A stretch of DNA of 25,487 nt from Paraspadella gotoi (GCA_051294375.1 JBJCIZ010000072.1:1-25487), one strand, 5' to 3'; counted from the first letter of the stretch, positions 10,796 to 21,112 are shown. The notes: generated by a model from the letters alone, not told the origin. Numbers and translations are program-made.

Positions 10796-12061
10796 ATGAC
10801 CTCGACCTTCGCCAAATTCCCTATCGGGGAAAGACTGACGGTGACTTGTCACGCCAACTTAGAGTCAAACTGCGTCAAAATTCGCGAGACGAAGCTAATG
10901 GCGCCGAACTGGCAACAATTTGGTTCAAAACGATCGAATGGCGAAATTTAGTGTCTTGTTTACCCTTTGCCNNNNNNNNNNNNNNNNNNNNNNNNNGACG
11001 AGGAGTTGACTTTCTGCCAAACTAGCTGAGTTAGGGGAGATGGCGTTCAACCGGTTTGCCGGCGCTTTCGAGCCTCGCTTCAAGATATCAGCGAAAGATG
11101 GGCGCTGGTGGTTTCCATATTTCACGACGAGGCCGGAAGAGTCTTCCCGCGAGTGGCGATCCGCGAATTCGGCCTTCGTGGACGGAAACGATGGCAAGGG
11201 TCGACGCCCAAAATTTGCCGGAAACCCGTGGTCCCTTGGAAGTCGGAAATGGGCGTGAACGGCGTCGCCATGATTATGACCCCCGAAGATTTTAGAGCGC
11301 TGAGGTAAAAAAATAATTGAAATGGTTATTTTATTCCGTTTAAAAAATCTCTTTCTCTCTCTCTCTCTCTCTTTTTTTTTTAGATTCGCGTCTTCGAACG
11401 TCACTTCGGCCTTGAGAAGGAATTCAACGAGATGTCTCACCATAGGAAATCACGAATCTCGCGAACGAGTGTCTCGATCGTTGGCGGATGTCGTCGACGC
11501 CTTCTGCAAGGGTTCCGGATTTGGCGAACGATTGAATTCTCTCGGTCATCAACTCCGACGATGTCTACGTTGACCTCGCTCGTGGCGGCTTCCGGGGAGA
11601 GAAAATCTCGTGGGAATAGCCTCGTCCCCGGAGGAGGAGAAGAGACGGACGGAATCGCCTTTGGAAAAAAAACCACCAAAAAAAAAAAAAAATGGCGGCG
11701 CACTGCGCGATCGAACCCCCTCGCTCAAACATCCTCCGCCTCTTCCGCCGCGCATTCTTCTTCTTCCGCTTCTGGAGAGAACGACAAGACGCCCCGGCAC
11801 CGCCGCTGGCGCCGCTGGCGGCGATGGGGAAACGGCGAGAAGAGAGCGGCGCGGGTCGCCACTACAACAACAACAACAACAAAAAATTAAAAGAAAACGT
11901 CGAGAGCCCTCGACTTCGCCACCGGCGAAAGAAGATAAAGAGGAGGATGAAAAAAAGCCAAATGAAAACGCAACAACAACAACAACAACGACGAAGATCT
12001 TAATAATCATGTTTGGAGAAACTTTTGAAAGAAAACAACGTGACTCCCCGAATTTGTTTAA
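10796..12061 (+). CDS. Putative tandem PC4-like ssDNA-binding protein A with low-complexity C-terminus; intron 11305-11383; frameshifted, spans a 25-N gap
   Basis: FPIGERLTVTC..NCVKIRE..APNWQQF and ISERWALVVSIFHDEAGRVFPRVAIREF...GVAMIMTPEDFRALR resemble the PC4 pattern (VxVxxF..VxIRE..GIxLTxEQW); ends LKENNV.PEFV* as read more cleanly in copy 2. Confidence 0.6.
11305..11383 (+). other. Spliceosomal intron in PC4-like gene A (79 nt, phase 2)
   Basis: AG|gtaaaa...(ct)n tttttag|A TTC; also present in copy 2 (~21348-21429). Confidence 0.75.
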
Positions 12062-12076
12062 TTTTTTTCTTTCTCT

Positions 12077-12107
<31 letters not shown>

Positions 12108-12117
12108 TCTCTCTCTT

Positions 12118-12163
<46 letters not shown>

Positions 12164-12376
12164 CGTCTATTTCCTAACTATTTTTTTTTTTTATCTTTTT
12201 TCCCTTTTTTTTATTTTGGTTTCTCTAATTATCTCGCCGAATGTTTTGTATATTATAAAAAGAAATAAAAATTAATAATAATAGATTTCATTTCTTAATT
12301 AAAATATATACACGCGATTACAACGAAAAAAAATAGAGAGAGAGAGAGAGGGAGGAAGAGAGAAAAGAAAAATCCA

Positions 12377-14851
12377 CTATCCTTCCTCCTCCTTCCGCTT
12401 CTTTCTCTCTCTTTTTTTCTCTCTTTTCTCCTCCTCTCTCTCTCTCTCTCTCTCTTTTCGTCCTCTTTCTCCCAACGATCGGAGCGATAATCGCCCAGAG
12501 CCAGAGATTTGAAATTTTGGTTCAACCAGTATCTCTTTGTCGTCGCTGGTCGAGAGACTTTTCTTAGTCAGTTTTTTCGAATAGAGAGTTAGTTTATCGG
12601 CGTCGATTCGCCGCTGAGATGGTTCTGGAGGGGCCAGGTACGTAGAGATTCTCTGAAACTTCTCTCGTGGGTCAACTCTCAGGGGAATGGTCGTCTGCAA
12701 GTTCCCTTAGCCTTGGGATACTTTTCCCCGTTCGAAAGAGCCGGCGAAGGCCGACGCGGATCGTGCACTTGCACGCACCGCGCCGCGGCCGCAACGCGGC
12801 TGGGGGCGCCCTCAAGGTCGCGTGCTCAACTTGCCACGACGACACGCTGTCAAAGGCGGCCAATGGCCCAGCGGAGCGTTTAACTCTACTTCTGTTTCCT
12901 TTCTTCTATCATCCCTTCTTTCTGACGATATACTGACTGACGAAAGCATGGGGAAAAAGTGTTTCGCGGCCGCACAAATTAACATCGATACCCTTCTCTC
13001 ATCTCCAATAGGGACGCCAATCCAATTGGTTGTCGGAAGGAGAGCGGGAGGAGGGGCGGTAAGGGAGTCGGACGTCTAACGTGGTAAAGATTCGATATCT
13101 CCTCCGACCTCTTCTCGCTCAAGAAGGGTGGGGGGAAAATAAAGCCTCGTCGTCCGAGATTCATTCGCTACGTCGTAATACGTCTGCCCATCACACCAAG
13201 AGCCAAGGGGGATCGACGGCGACTCGTTCGATGAAGGGAAGAAGAGTTAAAGCATTGGGCAGTAAGTTGATGCAACTCGGGCCAAGTATTTGATCGGGGT
13301 GTTCGTTGATTTCGTTAAAAAACAAAAAAATGAATAATAATAATAATAATAAAAATGAGGGAATGGAGGAGGGAAGATGGGGAAAAAAGTAAAAAAAATG
13401 ATGACGTTTACCTTTAAAAAACCCGAACTCTGAGCTCGATTCTTTCTCGATAACGCTAGCCAGCCTCGGGAGAAGTTTTTTTGGATTGTTGACCAAAAGT
13501 AGGGGATGTTCCCATCCGTCAATTGCTTCGTATCACAACCAGGGCGCAGCGCGCCAATCGCGCCAAAATTGATTTTGGATTTTCCTTTTCCCTCGTCTCA
13601 ATGACAAAAAAAAGGCTAGTCGTGTTGTCGGGTAGACCCGAAGGCGCACCCTGGCGTCTCCCTGAGTCGGGAAAAACTCGTTTGACGCCCCTCAGAAAAA
13701 GGAAGCGCACCCATCAACAGTTTAGGAGAGCGTCGTTAGAATGAGCCGTGCGCCGACCATGATGTGGCGAGCACCAACCCTCATTTCACTCTGGCCAGCT
13801 TCCACAGACGCTAATGGACGTGACGTAAAATCCACCCAGAAAACCATTTTCGACAAGTACTCCGGACTTCGACAATTTTGACCAGTTTGAAGAGCGTCGG
13901 TTCAATTATGGGTATCGTCCAAACACCGAATTGACGCAGAGTTTGTAAAAGTTTTTCAAAAACGGGGTGGTCGCCTCTTTTCTCTTTCGCGAAAAGTGAT
14001 CCACGTACTCTTTCATGAAAGGTTTTTGACGAAAGGCTATGGCCGAAGTCAGCTCCGTCAACTCCAAACCCAAAGAGAGGCCAAGGCTAAACTCTCTCTG
14101 GTCAAAAAATATTTCTCTTTGAGAGTCGTGCAAGCGACTAGCTTTTCCACGGCGCCTAGTTTGTGATCGTACTTTTGCGCCAAACGACGACTAAAGGGTG
14201 ACAAATCTTCGACCTTGACTTTTCGCTTTCTCGCAAGATTGGAAAGTCCTTCATGGCGTGATGGAGATGCTCGGCGTTCGAAGGGTCGCTTCAAGAATCA
14301 ATCCTTCTCCGTCTTCGTCCTTGTGAGTCCAATCCTCCACGCCCCTCTTTCAACGTCTCGACGGATCTCTTCAATCTTTCCGGCGATACGAAGGCGTAAC
14401 CGGCGTTAAGGTAAGGCCAAACGACTCGCGTAACCGTAACTGAAAGAGGGGGAGAAGATGGGTAAAGACATAAAAAAAAAACAACAACAAAAACTTTTTT
14501 CCTTTTCCCTTACAGGTTGTTGGCGTCTTCGTGCATCAACAGGCGCGCCGGATATTTAGGATCGTGATCGTTGTATCCAACTTCGTTCGACGAGGCGGAA
14601 AGAAAGCGAGAATTCACCGATACGTATCCTCCTCTAAAAATTGGTATGTTTAATTATTATTATTATTATTATTATTATTATTTATTCGATCATTCGTTCG
14701 TTACTTTAATTTTAAAAAAGAAAAAAAATATTTTTCTTGGCATTAACCTGAGCATAGATTCGAAAGCTAAAAATTCTTGACGCCTTCCGAAGAAAACAAC
14801 TCGATCTTTACTTTCGAGAATTGGAGCATGATATCTTGGCTAATAAAAAAT

Positions 14852-14888
<37 letters not shown>

Positions 14889-15055
14889 GGGTAATTAATG
14901 GGGGGGGAAAATCAATCTCTTTTTTACATTTTTCACGACTCACTTTAAAGCGGGTCCCGAGACGTAATAGCACGGATCCAAACGAAAACAATCTGTTTAC
15001 TTTTCTGTAGTTTTCGAATACGTCCCCAAAAATGTACAGTCGAGTTCCTGAAAAA

Positions 15056-15094
<39 letters not shown>

Positions 15095-18000
15095 GTAAAA
15101 GGAATAAAGCTTACAATTTTTTTTGTGTAATAATATTATCTTACGTTATAAAAGAGTAAAATTCTCCTAAATTGTCGAATCTCAAGGCATCCCATATTTC
15201 TCGAATCTTTAAGTAATCCTCTTCCGAAATGAGCTTTTGTTTCGACTCGTCAAAGTATTTCTCTCTCGGGGGCAAACTGTTTTCTTCGAGAGTTTCCAAA
15301 TTTAAATATTTAAATGGCATACACATTTTTAAAGAGACGGTGTCGAATAGCTCTTCTCGACCAAACGTTTTCTTCACGTGAGAGACCGTCAACGGAAATA
15401 TTTCAGATGGGTGGCTCTTGCCGCGACATCTGTCGCAATCTTGTCGCATAAAGCCATCGCAATCGGGACACTCGATCTTGAAGCATTCGTCGACGCGCGA
15501 ATCGATCAAGTTGGACAGACTCGATATTAAAACTTATAACTGTCTCTTATGGTTAGAGTAGCCATCTTAAAGCAATTTCGCAAGCTAAATATTCGTTGTC
15601 TCTTCTTCTTCTTCTTCCATTGGAAAATCCCATGACCATTGCGAAAATCCTCCCGAATCGTATCATACATCATCATCTTCTCGTCTCGCTCCAATCTCAA
15701 ACCGTAATCATCGTCGTAATCATTCAATCATCACGATCGTCTAACGATCTCTTCCTCGTCTAATCCGTTCCCGAACAAGGTTCGGCAGAGAAAGTTGATG
15801 TCTATCGTTTTGAAAAAGAGTTTACCTTTTGCCCAAGACCTTTTCGAATATTTCTTACTAGTTTGTTCGCTTCCTTGATGCGCACGCTTGAAGGATCAAG
15901 TTACAATCGAAATTTAGCGTCCGCTGAAAATAGAAAAAAAGGGTAGAGAAAAGAAAAAATATATTAATCTAGTCGAAAAAGTTTAAAATAAATAGAGATT
16001 TGTTATTAAAGCTTTCTTTACTTGTGAAAGTACATGATCCATCTGTCCGCCGAATGATTCTTTGCGTTGCAAGTCCACGTGACTTTTTAACCCACAAATT
16101 TCCCGTTTCTTATGGTCGTGATGTTTACAAAACGATCGTATGGGGTAAAAAATTCTCTCCGCAAAAATGACAGGTGGTTGCCATGGCGTACGATGGCTTT
16201 CGTCGAGATCGGCGTCATAATATGGGCACGTTTTGACGCAAGAGGCAACCAATAATGATGGAATCTTGACGGGCTTGACGCAAGACTCTAACGCGGCGTT
16301 CTCGCCCAGATATTTTCTCATAGGAAAGTTGTCCAAAGGATAAGACGATTTAATAAAATAACTATAACTGATGGCCGATAATTCTTCCACAATTTTTTGC
16401 GTTTCTTTAATTTTCAAAACACGGTTGAAACTCGCTACATTTTTTGCACGTTTTTGCGTGATCGGCTTCGTGCTTAGACTTGATCCATGACCAATTTGGT
16501 CTTCCATTCGCCGCCTCGTCCCTTCTCTCTACGGTCTTAACTGGGATGGGTCTCGTCTCGAAATCCGCGTAGGCACGAAACAAAATTCCGAATGAAAAAG
16601 TTCTCTCGCGCGTCATACTGTAAAAATGTATTTTTTTCCGGGTAAATCTCTAACTGCGCCGTCACCGTTTCTCGCCCACACAGTCGAGAATGAAGAGAAA
16701 AGGCGTTGGGTGATTGCGTACTGTACAAACACTTGACGCAAACGAAACGTCTCCCTCTGCGAGAACAAAATTGAGACGAAACTAATCTCGAAAAATCCGT
16801 GATAGATACGAGATGGCGCTGAGATGTTTCTCCTTTTTTTCCTTTTTCAGAATAAGCAAGTTACAGACTCTGACGTTGTCGACTGAATTTCTTTTAGAGA
16901 TTCTATAAGGATAGATGACTCTTTAATTTTATTGATTTTGTCTTCTTACTTAAAATTCCATAGACGTTGATGCAAATGTCGGGTTCAGTCTTTCCACTTG
17001 AGAAAATGAAGATGGCTTAGCCGGGCAGGGTACGTCGCCCATTTTTATCAAATGTCGATATCTGACGTAACTATTGGCCCTTTCTCTGTGACTGTGAGGT
17101 TTATACAAACAGCTTAACAAAGCTAAATGTAAACATTCTGGATGTTTACTTTTAACGTTGCAAACGCAATGTTTTTTCGATAACCAAATCGGGGTAGGGA
17201 TGAAGCAACCGAACAGAGATGACTTCCCACCCGAAGAAGGATGAAAACTGGCGAGGGTTAAGTCGGCTCTCTCTATCTTATCGTAGACTAAATCCGAACC
17301 TAATTCGATGCGATCCTCGATTTGATGATGCAATCTCGCCATTACGGCCGCCAATATTTCCATGATGGAATCTGATTCGTTATAATATTATTGACTTTTG
17401 GTCGAAGAAAAATGAATGTAAGAGCCTTCTTTCTCGTTAAAGAATCGTACTAAAAAGCAGAGGATGGAGCTTAATAATTTTCTCTTTTTAAGTTCTTTCG
17501 CGATTAAGGGAAAAATCTCCTTTTTTAAATGTCAAGTTTCTACGTTATACGTTTTATGAGCGTGAAATCCTCCTCGATAGGTACCAATTGCAGATTAAGC
17601 AAAAACATTTCTCTTAACTTTTTACATTTTACATCGAAACGTGAATACTTGTGAGGGGGCATCGAATTCTCTTCTTCTTTTTGCTCTATTTCTTCGACGT
17701 CTCTATCGTCCTCCCGCTCTCCCGCTCCTCCCGCTTCTCCTCTAGTTTCTTCCCTTCTAACCTCTCTCCCGTCGCCTCGCGAGAAGTCGCACTCTCTTTG
17801 GATGTCCCTGCAATGTCTCTGAGGTTTTGCCGATGCTTTCGAGAGGGCTCCCCCGAACATCCTGAGTGGCGCGAGCGTTCCGTTCTCGTCCAGCGCCGCC
17901 TCCTTCACTTTTGGTTGGCGTTAGCGTTCCGTTCTCGTCCAGCGCCGCCTCCTTCTTCACTTTGGTTGGCGTTAGCAGGGTTCTCTCCGACGAGTCTTTC

Positions 18001-18326
18001 GCCCCATCGCCGTTCGTCGATGATGCGAGAGAGAAAGGAACTGGAGATAGAGGCGATGGATACCGCCGAGTGAGCGATGGAGGAGAGGGCGAAACATAGC
18101 TCTCTGAGGCGCCGCTCTTCTTCTCCTCGGGCTCCGAGGAATTGTCCGTGCTATATGAAGAGGCAAGCGACGTCGTTGCGTGAGAACATTCGCGGGAGGC
18201 GTTGATGGCGAGAAGAAGGTGGTCGGAGACTGAGGGTAGACGTTCCTCCGGGGAGTGAAGGGGGGTGGTGGGGGGAGTGTTGGGGGTAAGTTTATTCTTC
18301 TTTCTTCGTTTCCTTTTAGGTGGCAT
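12377..18326 (-). CDS. Protein-primed family B DNA polymerase (pPolB) with N-terminal terminal-protein region; 6 introns; many frameshifts/stops
   Basis: KKHCVCNVKSKHPECLHLALL, INVYG, DFSRL..CVKCL, YADFET (Exo I), IRDSYKF, MPFKY..LPPREKYF, GDVFENYR, LDPCYY, LRGGYVS, EDANNLYG (motif A), KLCVNSVFGR (motif B), degraded YTDTDS near 13620-13640, FFK|(D)EIN, KAKG, KKSLSTSDDKRY. Confidence 0.95.
13316..13411 (-). other. pPolB intron 6 (~96 nt; acceptor G missing in this sequence)
   Basis: AAAG|gtaaac...ttttta[g]|ACGAAATC restores FFKDEIN (conserved FKDE motif). Confidence 0.6.
14440..14513 (-). other. pPolB intron 5 (74 nt) inside catalytic motif A
   Basis: GCC AAC AAC CT|gtaagg...ctttcag|T TAC GGT gives DANNLYG; conserved in copy 2 at 24921-24998. 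Confidence 0.92.
14634..14747 (-). other. pPolB intron 4 (114 nt)
   Basis: CTC AG|gttaat...tttttag|A GGA GGA gives the conserved LRGG motif. Confidence 0.85.
14840..14943 (-). other. pPolB intron 3 (104 nt, (CT)n tract)
   Basis: TTA AA|gtgagt...ttattag|C CAA joins GPAL to NQDIMLQFSKVKIELF. Confidence 0.85.
15048..15144 (-). other. pPolB intron 2 (97 nt, (CT)n tract)
   Basis: TATAAC|gtaaga...ttttcag|GAA CTC GAC within the Exo III region. Confidence 0.8.
15924..16021 (-). other. pPolB intron 1 (98 nt)
   Basis: CAA|gtaaag...attttcag|CGG ACG CTA AAT TTC GAT (Exo II-like NFD). Confidence 0.72.
17876..17976. repeat. ~50-bp tandem duplication in pPolB N-terminus (TPTKV(K)KEAALDENGTL x2)
   Basis: agcgttccgttctcgtccagcgccgcctccttc...actttggttggcgtt occurs twice. 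Confidence 0.85.
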
Positions 18327-18463
18327 GATTCAGTTTTTTTTGAGTCTTTTTTCTTTCTCAGTCAAAGGTTTGTCATCAGACATTAAACCTAGAAAAGTAA
18401 AAGAAAAATTATGTTAGAGAAAAGTTTATCGATCATATCCTCAGAATTAATCCCGTATAAATT

Positions 18464-19012
18464 TTATAATCTTCGCACAACTCTTCGTGAATGGCGCGCA
18501 TCACATTGTCGGTTAATATGACAAATTGTTATCGATGTGAGAGTCGGAACCAAATAATGAAAAACCATAGCCCTAATCCCTAAATTTTTCAATGAGTCTA
18601 TCACAGTGTCTGTGCAGTGGCGAAGGTGGCGTAGCTTGACGAGAAAACGAGATAGGTCTCGAAGAAGAGCCTTGATGACCTTGCGATAAAAACTCTTGAG
18701 GTTTTTGTCGATGTCCTTGCGTTCGCGCGACTCGTCTTTGACCATGAGAAACACCTTGCGATAAAGGTTCGCATTTTGATGAAGCAAATATCTCGACCTC
18801 TTGTACTTTTTTAACTTCAATTTGGCGTACAAGAGGGAAGTTGACAAGTCGTCCAATCGAGCGGTTATCTCCGATATTTGACAAGTTTTTTGCTTGACGG
18901 AATCGGATGAAAACACTAATTTGGTTAGTGCCAAATACAGTTGGTCTATGCCCAATGTTAGATATCCAAATTTGTGGACGGCTTGCAAGGCTAAGTGAAC
19001 TAAATCACCCAT
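18464..19012 (-). CDS. Hypothetical helical/basic protein (element accessory gene)
   Basis: Open frame of ~183 aa from MGDLV; same strand as and directly upstream of pPolB; no family recognised. Confidence 0.55.
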   Translation of the reverse strand: MGDLVHLALQAVHKFGYLTLGIDQLYLALTKLVFSSDSVKQKTCQISEITARLDDLSTSLLYAKLKLKKYKRSRYLLHQNANLYRKVFLMVKDESRERKDIDKNLKSFYRKVIKALLRDLSRFLVKLRHLRHCTDTVIDSLKNLGIRAMVFHYLVPTLTSITICHINRQCDARHSRRVVRRL

Positions 19013-19051
19013 GATAACTAAAAGATAAAACGCAATTGACAAAAAATACAA

Positions 19052-19336
19052 TTATTCTTTTTCAATAAATTCGAGGACTCTAGCTTTATAAGAAGAACCA
19101 TTTATAAAATGACAGTGACAATTGCCCTCGTAAGGGTCTTCGTGAAAGATGTGACGAGCCGTAGTTCTACATATGCCATTTATTTCTTCTTCCAAAGACT
19201 GTTGATAGCTATAAAACGCACGTTTATTGTCCTCTTTAAATATACGGTTATGTTGTACAACGCTATAGTGCCAGATCATACGTTGCTGATTCAAAAGTTT
19301 AATTATAGGTAAACACCCGTCGTAACGATCGACCAT
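19052..19336 (-). CDS. Hypothetical protein or 3' part of the 19303-19848 gene
   Basis: 94-aa ORF overlapping the upstream ORF by 34 nt; may be frameshift-linked. Confidence 0.45.
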   Translation of the reverse strand: MVDRYDGCLPIIKLLNQQRMIWHYSVVQHNRIFKEDNKRAFYSYQQSLEEEINGICRTTARHIFHEDPYEGNCHCHFINGSSYKARVLEFIEKE

Positions 19337-19848
19337 TCTATAAAGTAAAACATTCTTTTACCGATGCTACTAAGAATTTCAAACATATCGTGCGGCAAAT
19401 ACTTTTGAGTAGAGTCCGTTCCGTAAACGATTTGAGTTTCTTTCAATCCTTCGACGATGGTTGGCGTTTGAGAGAGCGCCTCGATGGCTCGATCCATGAA
19501 GATTTCCAATTCGCCCAGATGTGGAGCTTGCGAAAGACTAAGAAGCCTGAGGATGTCCTCTTTCGATTTCTGCCAAGACTCGCCCGTTTCGTTCTTGCGT
19601 CGATGCATAAAGGAGAGGGCGTGGTGAATCGTGTTGTTCAGTGTTAAAAAGTTTTCGTGAAAAACTTTATCGGCATTGATCAAAGTCTGTAAGAGTCTTT
19701 TGACTGTAAAGCCAAAGTATGACTTGTGGTATTGACGCGGCGCCGATGGTACGATGATTCCACTTCCCGGATTCGATAACCAATTAGAGTCGTCATCTCT
19801 CGGAGAGTCGTTTTCCCCCAAAGAATTAGTTTCAATATCATCTAGCAT
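19303..19848 (-). CDS. Hypothetical protein (element accessory gene)
   Basis: ORF from MLDDIETN, immediately after a ttttcag acceptor-like site; no family recognised. Confidence 0.55.
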   Translation of the reverse strand: MLDDIETNSLGENDSPRDDDSNWLSNPGSGIIVPSAPRQYHKSYFGFTVKRLLQTLINADKVFHENFLTLNNTIHHALSFMHRRKNETGESWQKSKEDILRLLSLSQAPHLGELEIFMDRAIEALSQTPTIVEGLKETQIVYGTDSTQKYLPHDMFEILSSIGKRMFYFIEWSIVTTGVYL

Positions 19849-20054
19849 TGTCTGAAAATAACATATACCAATCAAATGTAATCATTCTGTTAGCGCACGC
19901 TTTTGTTTATTTTTATCGCATTCAATTTTCCCATCCCCAAAAAATAAAACGAAAAATCAGAAAGTTTTTTCTTATTTTTAATTCAAGGCAAAATTTAGTT
20001 CATGATTCGAAATAAAAAGTTATTTAGCCTCCAACGACTAAGATGCGGCGTCCC

Positions 20055-20896
20055 TTAAAGCGCTTTGACGATCTTTTTGAGCAACTTAATTAAGTTGCGA
20101 AACTCGTCGGCGTGAAAGAGAAATACCGGATAAGTTAGAGGTGACAAACAAAAGACCAGGTTTGCGTCGAAGTAGTACGGTCGAGGGCCACGTTGACCTT
20201 GGGCATATCGTCTTTCGATTTGAAAATTGACATGCTTATGCCAAGACTTTGCGTTAACGCATACCTTTAAAAATTATAACCGTATTAATTAATAATTTTA
20301 TGTAATTTCTTTATTCTCTCTCTCTTTCTCTTTCATTACTTAGTTATTACCTTGGTCCGTTAACGATGTCCGCTATTTCACCAACGCCTTCCAGTTTCTT
20401 CAGCTCGTCTTCGATCTTCAACTCGTAGAGGCTCAAAAGACGGGTGACTTCTCCTTTGTTTAGCGAGATGCTGGTGACCGGTTCGATGGCTCGCGACTTG
20501 GACTTTAGCCGCCAGAAAAGTCCGAAGTCTTAGGCGTAGGATCGACGAATCTTTCCTTAAAGATCTTGACGCCGTAGTCTTCTTCATTCAAAGTGACCAT
20601 GGTGTATGGGCTCAGTGTCCAGTAGTCGGATGGTGTGTTTTTTGCCGCCTTGTGCATGTCGTCTACTCCCCCCGACTCATGCAAGGTCGATTGACGCAAA
20701 GTTTGAGGTCTATGAGTGTAGGATATGTGTATAATATCTAAAACAGTCATTAATCATTTTTCTATGGTAAATTACCTTTTCGCCAATTTTTGCCCGATGG
20801 GCCTTCGGCGGCTTCATTTTGGGTATTGCGGAAATCATTATTTTCGAAAACGACAAGAGGGATGTCTTCGAAATCGTCATCGTCGTTAGATTCCAT
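20055..20896 (-). CDS. Putative tandem PC4-like ssDNA-binding protein B; introns 20738-20775 (uncertain, 38 nt) and 20265-20350; frameshifted
   Basis: Domain 1 YWTLSPYTMVTLNEEDYGVKIFKE...TSISLNKGEVTRLL..IEDELKKL; domain 2 RYALTQSLGISMSIFKSKDDMPKVNV..RPYYFD...SGISL.HADEFRNLIKLLKKIVKAL*, read across frameshifts; close to the PC4 consensus. Confidence 0.7.
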
Positions 20897-21112
20897 ATCT
20901 AACCGTCTGTAATTATTATAGATTAATATTATTTATAAATATGTATAATTAAATATAGATATAATTTATTAACCTTTTCCCATTTATTGATTTGCTCGAT
21001 GCGTTCATCTTTGCGACGGTTTTCTCTGGTCAATTGAACGATGGTCAGTTGGGCTGATCTGAGAGAGTCGCGTAAAGAATCGATGATAGAGTCGCGAGAT
21101 TTAGCTTCTTGT
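20886..21112 (-). pseudogene. Last two exons of a coiled-coil protein gene (intron 20907-20973), 5' part removed by the breakpoint at ~21150
   Basis: ttttttag|A QEAKSRDSIIDSLRDSLRSAQLTIVQLTRENRRKDERIEQINKWEK|TVRYGI*; last exon overlaps the ATG of the next gene. Confidence 0.55.

Noticed and set aside
13500-13900. Genuine loss of pPolB motif C (YTDTDS)
   Set aside because: A remnant (GTCTACCCGACAACACGACTAGCCTT on -) is present in a stretch dense with indels, and copy 2 is a gap here; catalytic status cannot be judged
19338-19361. gtaaaag...ttatag as an intron linking two ORFs
   Set aside because: Only ~24 nt, far shorter than the other introns; a frameshift or overlapping genes is more likely
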